A DNA stretch of 64,000 bases, from contig JANRKS010000007.1 of assembly GCA_033763315.1 (NCBI GenBank), positions 320,001 to 384,000 on the forward strand, written 5' to 3'. Numbering within the stretch: position 1 is the stretch's first letter; the number at the start of each line of letters is the position of its first letter. Below, one piece after another: positions 40,245 through 49,787 of the stretch. Position numbers and translations under genes: made by a program. This stretch comes from Deltaproteobacteria bacterium (GTDB lineage Bacteria; Myxococcota_A; Polyangia; Fen-1088). A model generated the notes under the pieces. It had not been told where the DNA came from. It saw nothing but the letters and a program-made list of their open reading frames with translations, and searched no databases.

Positions 40245-41059
40245 GCGTCTTCGTCGTCTTCGTCAACGAGGTCAGCTTCATCAAGATCTTGCTCTGCGGA
40301 GGCCTGGGGTGGCACCACCGCGAAAGCCGCGCCGTCTTCGGGCGGCACAGGGGTGACGCGATCGCCCCGCAACACCGTCATGCGCGGGCCGCCCACCAAG
40401 CGGCCGCCTTCCAATTCCACGATCTCGGCGCCCGCTTGCGTGAGCAACGCCGCAAACGATGGATCGGCGCTGCCGCACATCACGGCAGATCCCATGGATT
40501 GCGCCACGCCCATCGCCATCGCCACCGCCTCGCGATCGTCGGCGTCAAGCCCGGCCGCGGGTTCATCAAGCACGATGAGCGGGGGTGAGCCCACCATGGC
40601 CCGCGCCACCGCCACCAAGCGACGCTCGCCCCACGACAAGTCGCCCACAGGCACATGAGTCGCGGCTTCGGGAAAGCCAACGGCGCGCAAGGAATCGATT
40701 GAACTGGACTGTGCGCTGATCACGTCGTGGCCACGCACGGCCAACGCCAGCATCACGTTTTCGAGCGCACTTTCGTCGTTCACCAAAGGCGGCTCGGGCG
40801 GCAAATACCCCACGTTGCGGCGGACGAACGGCAGCGAGCTGCTTTGCAAAGCCAAGATGTCGCGGCCACCGATGATTACGCTGCCCGCGCCGGGACGGAT
40901 CGCGGCGGCGGCGATGCCCAACAGCGTGCTCTTGCCGGCGCCGCGCGCCCCACGCACCAGCGTGACCTGCCCTGCTGCCACGGACAGACTCACGCGGTCG
41001 ACGACCGTGCGGCCATGGCGAGCGCAGCTGACATCTTCCAGGCGAAGCACCGCCATCAT
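40220..41059 (-). CDS. ftsE: FtsE-like ABC ATP-binding protein (divergent)
   Basis: GARGAGKST, PFVRRNVG, LSWGE, IVLDEP; directly upstream of ftsX. Confidence 0.8.
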   Translation of the reverse strand: MMAVLRLEDVSCARHGRTVVDRVSLSVAAGQVTLVRGARGAGKSTLLGIAAAAIRPGAGSVIIGGRDILALQSSSLPFVRRNVGYLPPEPPLVNDESALENVMLALAVRGHDVISAQSSSIDSLRAVGFPEAATHVPVGDLSWGERRLVAVARAMVGSPPLIVLDEPAAGLDADDREAVAMAMGVAQSMGSAVMCGSADPSFAALLTQAGAEIVELEGGRLVGGPRMTVLRGDRVTPVPPEDGAAFAVVPPQASAEQDLDEADLVDEDDEDAWSRSGKR

Positions 41060-41154
41060 TGTAGATGTGTTAGCGGCCTCACTGTCAATTTGTGAATAAA
41101 GTCCGCTGGGGCGAGCGGGTGGTGTGTTCGGCAAAGGCAGCCGTGGGCGCACGG

Positions 41155-41964
41155 CTAACGACGCCTCCGCGCGCGAACGATGCCAAACGTGAACAAGGCA
41201 ACCAACGCGAGCCAGGTCACGGCTCCTGGGCGACCGGGAGGGTGCGCGTTCATCGAACACAGCAGCGCGCCGCCTTCGACTTTGTATTCGATCAATTCAG
41301 AAGGTGCGTCGGTGGGCGCATCGGGCACGCCGGCGTCCGGCGCCGCCGCAACGTCAGCCGGCCCATCGAGCGGCACATCAGCGTCGGGACTGGCAACGTC
41401 CGTTGTGGCGTCGAAGCCCGCGTCGCTGCTGCCGCCTTGACCGCCCTGACCACCGGCCCCACCTCCTCCACCGCCTTGACCACCGGAGCCGCCTGAGCCC
41501 GCGTCCGGCACCATGCACATCGGCACAACGTTGAAGACGCAGCCCTGCGCCGGCAAACATAGATCCTGCGTGCATAAGTTATTGTCGTTGCACTGCAGGT
41601 TGCCCTGAGGAACGCAGAGGCCCTGCGTGCAGCGTTCACCCGTGGTGCACTTATTGCCATCGTCGCACGCAGCACCCTCGGGCACGATCTGGCCCACGCA
41701 CAAGCCCAGCACGCATCGATCCATAACGGTGCATAAGTTGCCATCGGTGCAGTCGGTGCCGTTCGGGGCCACGTTGCCCCGGCACCACCCGTCCGCGCAA
41801 ATGTCATTGGTGGTGCATGGGTTGCCGTCGTTGCACAGCGCCCCATCCGCGTGGTTGAAGCACGGGTCAGGCGGATCGGCTGCCGCTGACAGCGGAAATG
41901 CCACCGCCGCGAGGCTGGCCACCGCTGTAACTGCCCGAAACACCTTGAACTGGAGTGCACGCAT
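41155..41964 (-). CDS. Secreted Cys-rich repeat protein with MYXO-CTERM-like anchor
   Basis: Signal peptide; four C.DGN.CT..D.C..G.C repeats; Gly and DA-rich linker; GGALLCS...TM...RARRRR. Confidence 0.85.
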   Translation of the reverse strand: MRALQFKVFRAVTAVASLAAVAFPLSAAADPPDPCFNHADGALCNDGNPCTTNDICADGWCRGNVAPNGTDCTDGNLCTVMDRCVLGLCVGQIVPEGAACDDGNKCTTGERCTQGLCVPQGNLQCNDNNLCTQDLCLPAQGCVFNVVPMCMVPDAGSGGSGGQGGGGGGAGGQGGQGGSSDAGFDATTDVASPDADVPLDGPADVAAAPDAGVPDAPTDAPSELIEYKVEGGALLCSMNAHPPGRPGAVTWLALVALFTFGIVRARRRR

Positions 41965-42207
41965 CACGCCCAACCATGTATCGGCGGGCCAGCCCTGATC
42001 TGTAAGCGCCGCCTGCCACCCGGGGCGTCCCCACCGGGGGGTTGCGACCAGGGGCACCCGAAGGGTTTACCGGGGCCGGCTTGGGGTCTTGTATAGGGTC
42101 ACGTAATGTCACGTCACGGTTTCCAACACCGTGGACAGCGGCTTATTTGCGCGAAAAGACTGCGCAATCTGGGAGTTGTCCACAGGGTTGTCGACAGATC
42201 GATGACA

Positions 42208-42256
42208 CCACTACCTATAGTGTCCCCCTATGTGCGACACACACAATAGGTAGTGT
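42208..42256 (+). promoter_or_regulatory. Tandem NrdR boxes upstream of nrdJ
   Basis: CCACTACCTATAGTGT (42208-42223) and ACACAATAGGTAGTGT (42241-42256) match acaCwAtATaTwGtgt; next to TTGACT at 42263. Confidence 0.85.
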
Positions 42257-42435
42257 TTTTTGTTGACTGTCGGCGGTTCTCGGGTGAAATAGCGCCTACG
42301 ATTTCGACACGCCTTTGTGACTCGGACGCCGGCATACCGGGTCTGGAACCGGGGGCCGTGTAGGGCATCGTATGTATTGCCTATTGCCACAGCCAACCGC
42401 AGCCAGAACGCACACGGATAAGGGGAGGAGAGCTC

Positions 42436-45276
42436 ATGCTTGATAAACAGGATGTTCCACGCAAAAGCCGAAATGGCCGCAGCACCGGAGCTGCTTTGAC
42501 CGAGGACACCGAAGCCACCCTTTCCCGCAAAGGCCGCCGCGGCGACCGACCGGGTCTGACTTTTGACCGTTACTTCACCAGCGACGGCGACGACGGTTAC
42601 GCCGGCATCGTGTGGGAGCTGCGCACCGCGTCTATCACCGGCGAAGGCGGCAAGTCCATCTTCGAGCAAAAAGACATCGAAGTTCCCAAGTACTGGACGC
42701 AGACCGCCACAAACGTGGTCGCGCAAAAGTATTTCCGCGGCCAACCTGGCACACCCGAGCGTGAGAATTCTGTTCGTCAATTGATCAACCGCGTGTGCGA
42801 CACCATCACCGGCTGGGGCTTGGCTGATGGGTACTTCGCTGACGCGCACACGGCCGAGGTGTTCCGCGCAGAGCTGCGCCACCTGATCGTCTCGCAAAAG
42901 ATGTCGTTCAACAGCCCGGTTTGGTTCAACGTGGGCATCGAGGCCGAACCCCAGTGCTCGGCGTGCTTCATCAACAGCGTGGACGACACCATGGGTGGCA
43001 TCCTCACGCTGGCGAAGACCGAAGGCATGTTGTTCAAGTATGGCTCCGGCACCGGCACCAACCTCTCACCGATTCGTTCCTCGCGAGAATTCTTGAACGG
43101 CGGCGGCACCGCTTCGGGCCCTGTGAGCTTTATGCGTGGCTTTGACGCTTTTGCGGGCGTCATCAAATCGGGCGGCAAAACCCGTCGCGCCGCCAAGATG
43201 GTGATTCTGAACATCGATCACCCCGATGTGGAAGAGTTCATCTGGTGCAAAGCCAAAGAAGAGAAAAAGGCCTGGGCTTTGATCGACGCGGGCTACGACG
43301 GCTCGTTCGACGGTGAGGCTTACAAGTCCGTCTTCTTCCAAAACTCCAACAATTCAGTTCGCGTCACGGACGACTTCATGGAAGCCGTTCAAAAAGACAA
43401 GGACTGGAGCACACGTGCGGTGCAATCGAAGGCGCCGGTTGAGACTTTCAAGGCCCGCAAACTGTGGCGCGACATTGCGCAAGCGGCGTGGGAGTGCGGC
43501 GATCCAGGTTTGCAATTCGACACCACGGTGAACGCGTGGCACACCTCGCCCAACTCGGGCCGCATCAACGCCAGCAACCCGTGCAGCGAGTACATGTACC
43601 TCGACGACTCGGCTTGCAACTTGGCTTCGTTGAACCTGCGCAAATTCATCACGGAGCAAGGTGGCTTCGACGTTGAGGCTTACAAGCGCGCCATTGAACT
43701 GACGATCACGGCCCAGGAGATCTTGGTGGACAACGCCAAGTACCCCACGCCGCTCATCGCCGCCAACTCGCACAAGTTCCGGCCGCTGGGCTTGGGCTAC
43801 GCCAACTTGGGCTCGTTGCTGATGTCGATGGGCTTGCCCTATGACTCAGACGAAGGCCGCGCTTGGTGTGGGGCTTTGACGTCGATCCTCACGGGCTGGG
43901 CGTATCGCACCAGCGCGCGCATCTCCCGTGACGCCACGGGCCCCTTCGAGGGTTACCCAGAGAACGAGCAACCGTTCTTGGGCGTGATGAAGAAACACCG
44001 CTACCACGTGGATAAGATTGATCGGTCGTTTGTGGCCGGCAACGTGTGGGAGGCGGCACGCGAAGCTTGGGACGAAGCGATCGAGATCGGCACCGATCAC
44101 GGCTACCGCAACGGCCAGGCCACCGTGTTGGCGCCCACGGGCACCATCGGCTTCATGATGGATTGCGACACAACGGGCATCGAGCCCGACATCGCGCTCA
44201 TCAAATACAAGCGCTTGGTCGGCGGCGGCATGATCAAGATCGTGAACAACACAATCGACGAAGCGTTGCGCTCTTTGGGTTACGACGAAGGTCTGCGCAA
44301 AGACATCATCGACTACGTGGACCGTGAAGAGACGATCGAGGGCGCTCCAGGCTTGGACCCGGCGCACCTGCCTGTGTTTGACTGCGCCTTCCGCGCTGCC
44401 AATGGCACACGCTCGATTCAATACATGGGCCACATCCGCATGATGTCGGCGGCGCAACCATTCTTGTCAGGCGCCATCTCGAAGACGGTGAACTTGCCAT
44501 CGGATTGCACCGTGGAAGACGTCCAAGAGGCGTATCTGGAATCGTGGAAGGCAGGCCTCAAAGCTGTGGCCATCTACCGCGACGGCTGCAAGCGCACGCA
44601 ACCATTGTCCACCAGCAAAACCGATCCAGGTTTGCAAAAGGGCAAAGCCGCCAAGGCCACCGAGGCTGTGGTGGTGCGCAAGAAGTTGCCAGATGAGCGT
44701 CACTCGCTTACGCACAAGTTCTCGGTTGCAGGCCACGAAGGCTACATCCACGTAGGGCTTTACCAAGACGGCGCGCCCGGGGAAATCTTCGTTCGCATGG
44801 CGAAGGAAGGCTCCACCATCTCGGGCTTGATGGATTCGTTCGCCACCGCGATCTCTTTGGCCTTGCAACACGGCGTCTCGCTGCGCTTGCTGGTTGATAA
44901 GTTCTCGCGCACGCGGTTCGAGCCAGCAGGCTTCACGGGCAACCCTGAAATCCCGCGCGCCACGTCGCTCATGGACTACATCTTCCGCTGGCTGGAAGCC
45001 AAGTTCCTGCGCGAAGATGGCAGCATCGGTGCCCCCGCGCTGCATGACAAGACAGCGGCCCCCAGCCCCGTTGCCCCCAAGCCAGCCACCCCCGCCCCCA
45101 AGGTGGAGGTTGTGGACGCCACGAAGACGCCGCTCGAGAAGTTTGAAGCGCGCCCCATGTTTGGCTTCATCGCCCGCAGCGAGGCACCCACGTGCCCCGA
45201 GTGCGGCGACATCATGGTGCCCAATGGCTCTTGCCATAAGTGCATCACCTGCGGCACCACCAGCGGCTGCAGCTAA
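42436..45276 (+). CDS. nrdJ: Vitamin B12-dependent (class II) ribonucleotide reductase
   Basis: FNSPVWFN, QCSACFI, SNPCSEY, ACNLAS, APTGTI, YRDGCK, TSCPD-like domain, C-terminal Zn ribbon; RBS GGAGGAG. Confidence 0.97.
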   Translation: MLDKQDVPRKSRNGRSTGAALTEDTEATLSRKGRRGDRPGLTFDRYFTSDGDDGYAGIVWELRTASITGEGGKSIFEQKDIEVPKYWTQTATNVVAQKYFRGQPGTPERENSVRQLINRVCDTITGWGLADGYFADAHTAEVFRAELRHLIVSQKMSFNSPVWFNVGIEAEPQCSACFINSVDDTMGGILTLAKTEGMLFKYGSGTGTNLSPIRSSREFLNGGGTASGPVSFMRGFDAFAGVIKSGGKTRRAAKMVILNIDHPDVEEFIWCKAKEEKKAWALIDAGYDGSFDGEAYKSVFFQNSNNSVRVTDDFMEAVQKDKDWSTRAVQSKAPVETFKARKLWRDIAQAAWECGDPGLQFDTTVNAWHTSPNSGRINASNPCSEYMYLDDSACNLASLNLRKFITEQGGFDVEAYKRAIELTITAQEILVDNAKYPTPLIAANSHKFRPLGLGYANLGSLLMSMGLPYDSDEGRAWCGALTSILTGWAYRTSARISRDATGPFEGYPENEQPFLGVMKKHRYHVDKIDRSFVAGNVWEAAREAWDEAIEIGTDHGYRNGQATVLAPTGTIGFMMDCDTTGIEPDIALIKYKRLVGGGMIKIVNNTIDEALRSLGYDEGLRKDIIDYVDREETIEGAPGLDPAHLPVFDCAFRAANGTRSIQYMGHIRMMSAAQPFLSGAISKTVNLPSDCTVEDVQEAYLESWKAGLKAVAIYRDGCKRTQPLSTSKTDPGLQKGKAAKATEAVVVRKKLPDERHSLTHKFSVAGHEGYIHVGLYQDGAPGEIFVRMAKEGSTISGLMDSFATAISLALQHGVSLRLLVDKFSRTRFEPAGFTGNPEIPRATSLMDYIFRWLEAKFLREDGSIGAPALHDKTAAPSPVAPKPATPAPKVEVVDATKTPLEKFEARPMFGFIARSEAPTCPECGDIMVPNGSCHKCITCGTTSGCS

Positions 45277-45295
45277 AACAACGATTGTTTGACCG

Positions 45296-45334
45296 AAGCC
45301 CCCACGGTGCAAGCCTTGGGGGCTTTTGTGTTTG
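45296..45334 (+). terminator. Intrinsic terminator of nrdJ
   Basis: AAGCCCCCA...TGGGGGCTT stem followed by TTGTGTTTG. Confidence 0.75.
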
Positions 45335-45404
45335 TGGTGGTGCTCTGAAAAGAATTCAAAAGCAAGAGTCAGGAGGCGCGGATCGCAGGCCGGTCGTAAA
45401 ACTC

Positions 45405-46454
45405 ATGTCGATGCTTGCAGATGATCTTCGCTGGAACGCTGTGTGTGCGCGCGACGCCCGTGCCGATGGCACATTCTATTTTTCTGTGGCAACAACGCGC
45501 ATCTATTGTCGGCCCTCGTGTGGCGCGCGTCGCCCGAAGCGCGAGAACGTGGCTTTTCACAACACAACAGAGGACGCCGAACGCGCAGGGTTTCGCGCGT
45601 GCAAACGTTGCCACCCGCAAGGGCCCTCGGGGGAGCAGCAACGTGCAGCACAGGTGAAGGCGATGTGCCGTTTCATCGAGAACGCCGCCACGCCGCCCTC
45701 GCTCGATGAACTTGCGGCGCACGTGCGGCTTAGCCCCACCTATGCACAGCGCATGTTCACAGCGAAGATGGGTGTGTCACCCAAAGTTTATGCCCACGGT
45801 CTGCGCGCCGAGCGTCTCCGGCAGCGATTGCCCCAGGAGACATCGGTGACACGAGCCCTTTATGATGCGGGGTTCGGTTCGTCGTCGGGATTTTACGCAC
45901 AGGCACCCCACACGCTGGGGATGACGCCCACAGCGTTTCGCGCTGGTGGACGGGGTGAGCAGATCGAGTTCGCCGTGGCGCCCTGTTCGCTCGGCTTCGT
46001 GCTTGCGGCCACCACGCCACGTGGTTTGTGTGCCGTGTTCCTGGGCGACGATGTGGCGCCGCTGGAGGCAGACCTGCGACGCCGGTTTCCGCGCGCCAGG
46101 CTTATGCCCGCGCAGACCGGCTTGGCAGCCCTGATCGCCCACGTGGTCGATCTGGTGGAACGCCCCGGCATGGCGGCGGATATACCTCTCGACGCGCACG
46201 GCACGGCGTTTCAACAGCGCGTGTGGAAGGCTTTGACGGCCATCCCCGCCGGCAGCACAGTTAGCTATGGGGCGCTGGCGCAAGCTCTGGGCACACCTTC
46301 GGCCGTGCGCGCTGTGGCGCAAGCGTGTGGTGCGAATCCATTGGCCGTGGTGGTGCCATGCCACCGCGTGGTGGGCGCTGACGGCAAACTCACGGGCTAC
46401 CGGTGGGGCGTGGAACGCAAGCGAGCCTTATTGGCGCGGGAAAAGAAATCGTGA
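45405..46454 (+). CDS. ada: Bifunctional Ada regulator / O6-methylguanine-DNA methyltransferase
   Basis: YCRPSC, FRACKRC, AraC-type HTH, GTAFQ, VPCHRVV. Confidence 0.96.
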   Translation: MSMLADDLRWNAVCARDARADGTFYFSVATTRIYCRPSCGARRPKRENVAFHNTTEDAERAGFRACKRCHPQGPSGEQQRAAQVKAMCRFIENAATPPSLDELAAHVRLSPTYAQRMFTAKMGVSPKVYAHGLRAERLRQRLPQETSVTRALYDAGFGSSSGFYAQAPHTLGMTPTAFRAGGRGEQIEFAVAPCSLGFVLAATTPRGLCAVFLGDDVAPLEADLRRRFPRARLMPAQTGLAALIAHVVDLVERPGMAADIPLDAHGTAFQQRVWKALTAIPAGSTVSYGALAQALGTPSAVRAVAQACGANPLAVVVPCHRVVGADGKLTGYRWGVERKRALLAREKKS

Positions 46455-46456
46455 CC

Positions 46457-48904
46457 TCAATCGTGGTGGGTGGCACCAGAATCGGCGGGTGCCGCGGCGT
46501 GCGTCGCCTCGTGCCGATCAAGCTCGCCCGTGCGTTTGAGCAGGGCGTAGCCGGCGGCATCCAGCAACAGTTGCCAGTGACCTGACGTGCTCAGCCCGGC
46601 CAGCAACAGGCTGGTGCGAGGGGTGATCGCGAGCAGCACAAAATCAACATCATGCTTGCGCGTGTAAGTCTCGAACGCCGTTTGATCGTCAAAAGCATGA
46701 TCGTAATCTTCGAAGATCTTTGCGCCGAACACTTCGATGCGCGAATCGATGACCGGTCGCACAGCAGGATAGAGGCTGTAACTGATCAAGCCACCAGAAT
46801 CATAGTCGTTGAACACCACGCCGTGAAACTTGTGCTGCCTCATATAGTTCACGTGTGCGTATGGCAGATCACCGGCAAACCCCGTTCCGAAACTGCGGTG
46901 TTGTAAGGCATTAAACGCATACCCATAAGAAGCTGTGCCGGTGATCAATACGCATAGCACCGCCACTTCTGCCCACGGACGACGCAGCCGCGTTGCATCC
47001 AACGTCAACGACTGCAACACCGCATGGCTTGTGCGCACAACCAGGGGAAACACCAACACCACGAGTTCGGCCGTGAAGCGCACGCAGCGCAGGCCGAGCG
47101 CCGTAGCCACCAGCGCCAAAGCCAGGTCGGCCATGCAGGTGTGGCGCGCGCGCAAGGCCAAACCGACCCACAACGCCGCCACAATGATCATGAACGCCCA
47201 GAAGGGATAATCGTGGACGTTCACCAAAGATAGCGTCGGCTGCCACTCCGAAAGGTTGCGCATCATAAAGTCTTGCCCGCTGCCCATTCGCAAAGCGAAC
47301 GCGCCTGCATGCCAACCATAAGGGTTGCAAAGCGACGCCACGGCCGTGCCTGCGGAGATCAACAGCAAGAACAAAGCATCCGCCTTGCGTACCACACGCG
47401 TGTGCGAAGCGGGGTGACGCCACCAGGCATCACACACGGCGCCTAAGGCCACCGCAAAGAGCAGGACCGGGACAAGCCAAGCGCCGCCATGCAAGTTCGC
47501 CCACACAAGTTGAAGCGGAACCAATGCGACCAGGTGCGCGCGACGCGTGGGCCAACGCTCAAGCGCGAAGGCGACATAACAGAGCCCCAAGAGTGACAAC
47601 ACATGTGGACGCAAATCCACGCGGAACGCCACCACATAAAGCGACGCGACGAAGATGACCGTGAACACGACGCTGCGGCGGGCCTGGCGATCCACGGCGC
47701 CAAACATCAAAGCGGCGCAGCCAAGGCCAAGCAACATCTGCAACACACTCAAACCATGGCCTCGCGTGGCCACAAACAAACGATAAAACAGAACTCCGGT
47801 GAGCCATTCGTGAGCGGCGAATGGTTGGCCTTGGGCGGTGGCGCTATAGGGATCGACGGACGGAATGACGTGCGTGGCAAGCACGTCCTTACCCACGCGC
47901 ATCAGCCACCAAATGTCGTTTTCCGTCACGGGCGACAAAGAAGCGATGGCCATCCACACAAACAGAAGACACACCACGATCGCCTCGGGTCGCAGCCGAT
48001 GCACCCGGGGTAGACTTCTTGTTTGCACCCCGCTCCAAGCCGCTCGCATGCGTGAAGGTGCGGCGCACACGACCATCATCGTCACAAGGGCCGTGTCTCG
48101 CAGGAGGCGTAGAACAATCGGAAACACTTCGCCCGTTAACAGTTCGCCACTGAGGCATCGTGTAAGGGCGGCGGTGGCCGCAAACGCGATGAGGGACAGC
48201 CACGCCAACGCAGCCGATCCGGCGCGCCACAGCGCCAACACCGTGACAGACGGCGCCATCCACAACAACACCTGTGGATGCATCGGTCCCCACAACAACG
48301 CCGCGGCCGCACAGGCCACGCACGTCAGGCGCACACCCCACGGCGTCCAGGCGTCATCTGCGTCGACCGGCGTGCCCACGCCTCGCGAAGCGGTCGCCAG
48401 CCCCAGCAAAAGCAGGGCAACGAAGCCATGCAACCCAAGTACGACCGTGGGGGCAATCAAGGTCGTGAGCAGCAGATAGAACGCAACCGCCGCCCATGTG
48501 GGGCGGCCCAGGAAGCGACGCCACGCCAGCAGGAGCAGCAGCACCGCCACATCTACCAGCAGCATTTGCAGGACGAAAAACAGGCGATACCCAGAAGCAT
48601 CGGAGGCCCACAGATACGGGAGGATGACCAACGGCCACACGGGGCTGCTGCTTGCGCCCGCGGACCACTGCGCTGCAAGCTCAGCGTAGTGTTGGACCGC
48701 GGTGGCATCGGGCTGCAGCATCATCACCGACAGCGGCACGCGCCCGTGTGGTGTGATTGCGTAGACAAACACCAACGGCAGGCGGAACAACAGCCACAAT
48801 GTGGCCACCACGCCCCGCAGCCACCACACACACATCCGCGCCTCCGCCTGCGAGCGCGGCCCCGCGTCATCCACCTTGTCCTGGTCCCGTGCCTCGTTGG
48901 CCAT
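46457..48904 (-). CDS. Large polytopic membrane protein, probable GT-C glycosyltransferase-like fusion
   Basis: Many TMs; C-terminal half NDIWWLMRVG..IPSVDPYS..HEWL, WANLHGG, NPYGW, EWQP, IDSR; start ATG 48904 (the track's start overlaps ku). Confidence 0.72.
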   Translation of the reverse strand: MANEARDQDKVDDAGPRSQAEARMCVWWLRGVVATLWLLFRLPLVFVYAITPHGRVPLSVMMLQPDATAVQHYAELAAQWSAGASSSPVWPLVILPYLWASDASGYRLFFVLQMLLVDVAVLLLLLAWRRFLGRPTWAAVAFYLLLTTLIAPTVVLGLHGFVALLLLGLATASRGVGTPVDADDAWTPWGVRLTCVACAAAALLWGPMHPQVLLWMAPSVTVLALWRAGSAALAWLSLIAFAATAALTRCLSGELLTGEVFPIVLRLLRDTALVTMMVVCAAPSRMRAAWSGVQTRSLPRVHRLRPEAIVVCLLFVWMAIASLSPVTENDIWWLMRVGKDVLATHVIPSVDPYSATAQGQPFAAHEWLTGVLFYRLFVATRGHGLSVLQMLLGLGCAALMFGAVDRQARRSVVFTVIFVASLYVVAFRVDLRPHVLSLLGLCYVAFALERWPTRRAHLVALVPLQLVWANLHGGAWLVPVLLFAVALGAVCDAWWRHPASHTRVVRKADALFLLLISAGTAVASLCNPYGWHAGAFALRMGSGQDFMMRNLSEWQPTLSLVNVHDYPFWAFMIIVAALWVGLALRARHTCMADLALALVATALGLRCVRFTAELVVLVFPLVVRTSHAVLQSLTLDATRLRRPWAEVAVLCVLITGTASYGYAFNALQHRSFGTGFAGDLPYAHVNYMRQHKFHGVVFNDYDSGGLISYSLYPAVRPVIDSRIEVFGAKIFEDYDHAFDDQTAFETYTRKHDVDFVLLAITPRTSLLLAGLSTSGHWQLLLDAAGYALLKRTGELDRHEATHAAAPADSGATHHD

Positions 48905-48976
48905 GACCGGTCCCCCCCAAAAAAGCACAACGGCAGAAGGCAGTAGCGACTTAAGCGGATGGAGCGTGGCGCGTTG

Positions 48977-48992
48977 GGGCGCGGTTTTTGCA
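48977..48992 (+). promoter_or_regulatory. sigma54-type -24/-12 promoter of the ku operon
   Basis: GGGCGC-GGTTT-TTGCA. Confidence 0.65.
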
Positions 48993-49004
48993 CCACGGTT
49001 GAAC

Positions 49005-49787
49005 ATGGCCGCAAGAGCGATGTGGAAGGCAGTGCTGCAATTCGAGGGCAAGTCGCTTCCAGTAAAGTTCTACTCCGCCGTCCAGGCACAAGGCGTTCAC
49101 TTCCGTCTGCTACACGCGAGTGACAACGTTCCTGTTTCGCAGCACATGGTGGACGCAGAAACGGGGGACGACGTGCCTCGTGAGAGCGTGCAGAAAGGCT
49201 ACGCTATGGAGAAAGGCCTGTACGTGGTGCTGAAGCCGCGAGATTTGGCAAAGACGGAGCCCGCCGCCAGTCGAGATGTTGCCATTTCAACATTTCTGCC
49301 AAATCACGCCATTGCCGCGCCTTGGTTCCACCGGCCGTATTACCTCGGACCCGATGGCGCCGAAGACGCCTACTTCGCCTTGGTAACTGCATTAGCGGAG
49401 ACGCAAACGATGGGACTCGCTCACTGGGTGATGCGCAAGCGCAACTATCACGGTGCGGTCATAAGCCACGCAGGCGTGCTGATGGTGATCACTTTGCGCA
49501 CGGCGGACGAGGTCCTGGCAGTGGGTGATTTGAAGATCGACAACGAGAAGGCTTTGGACGCCAAAGAGATCAAATTAGCCGAACAATTGATATCGGCGTT
49601 GCAAGGGCCGTTCGAGCCCGAGACCTACCGAGATGAATACCGCGAGCGCGTGATGAAGCTTGTGCAAAGCAAAGCCGAAGGCAAAGCGACGCCCCCTGTA
49701 CGCGCCAAGCCAAAGCACTCACCCACGTCTTTGGAAGCGGCCCTGCGATCGAGCGTGAAAGCCGCGAAGGAGAACAAAGTTGCCTAG
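49005..49787 (+). CDS. ku: NHEJ Ku protein (short C-terminus)
   Basis: MAARAMWK...PVKFYSA, KGY, FHRPYYLGP, YRDEYRERV, LEAALRSS. Confidence 0.93.
   Translation: MAARAMWKAVLQFEGKSLPVKFYSAVQAQGVHFRLLHASDNVPVSQHMVDAETGDDVPRESVQKGYAMEKGLYVVLKPRDLAKTEPAASRDVAISTFLPNHAIAAPWFHRPYYLGPDGAEDAYFALVTALAETQTMGLAHWVMRKRNYHGAVISHAGVLMVITLRTADEVLAVGDLKIDNEKALDAKEIKLAEQLISALQGPFEPETYRDEYRERVMKLVQSKAEGKATPPVRAKPKHSPTSLEAALRSSVKAAKENKVA

Noticed and set aside
42290-42435. Cobalamin riboswitch in the nrdJ leader
   Set aside because: No recognisable GGGAA / GCCACTG / B12-box core; only TGCCAC is present.
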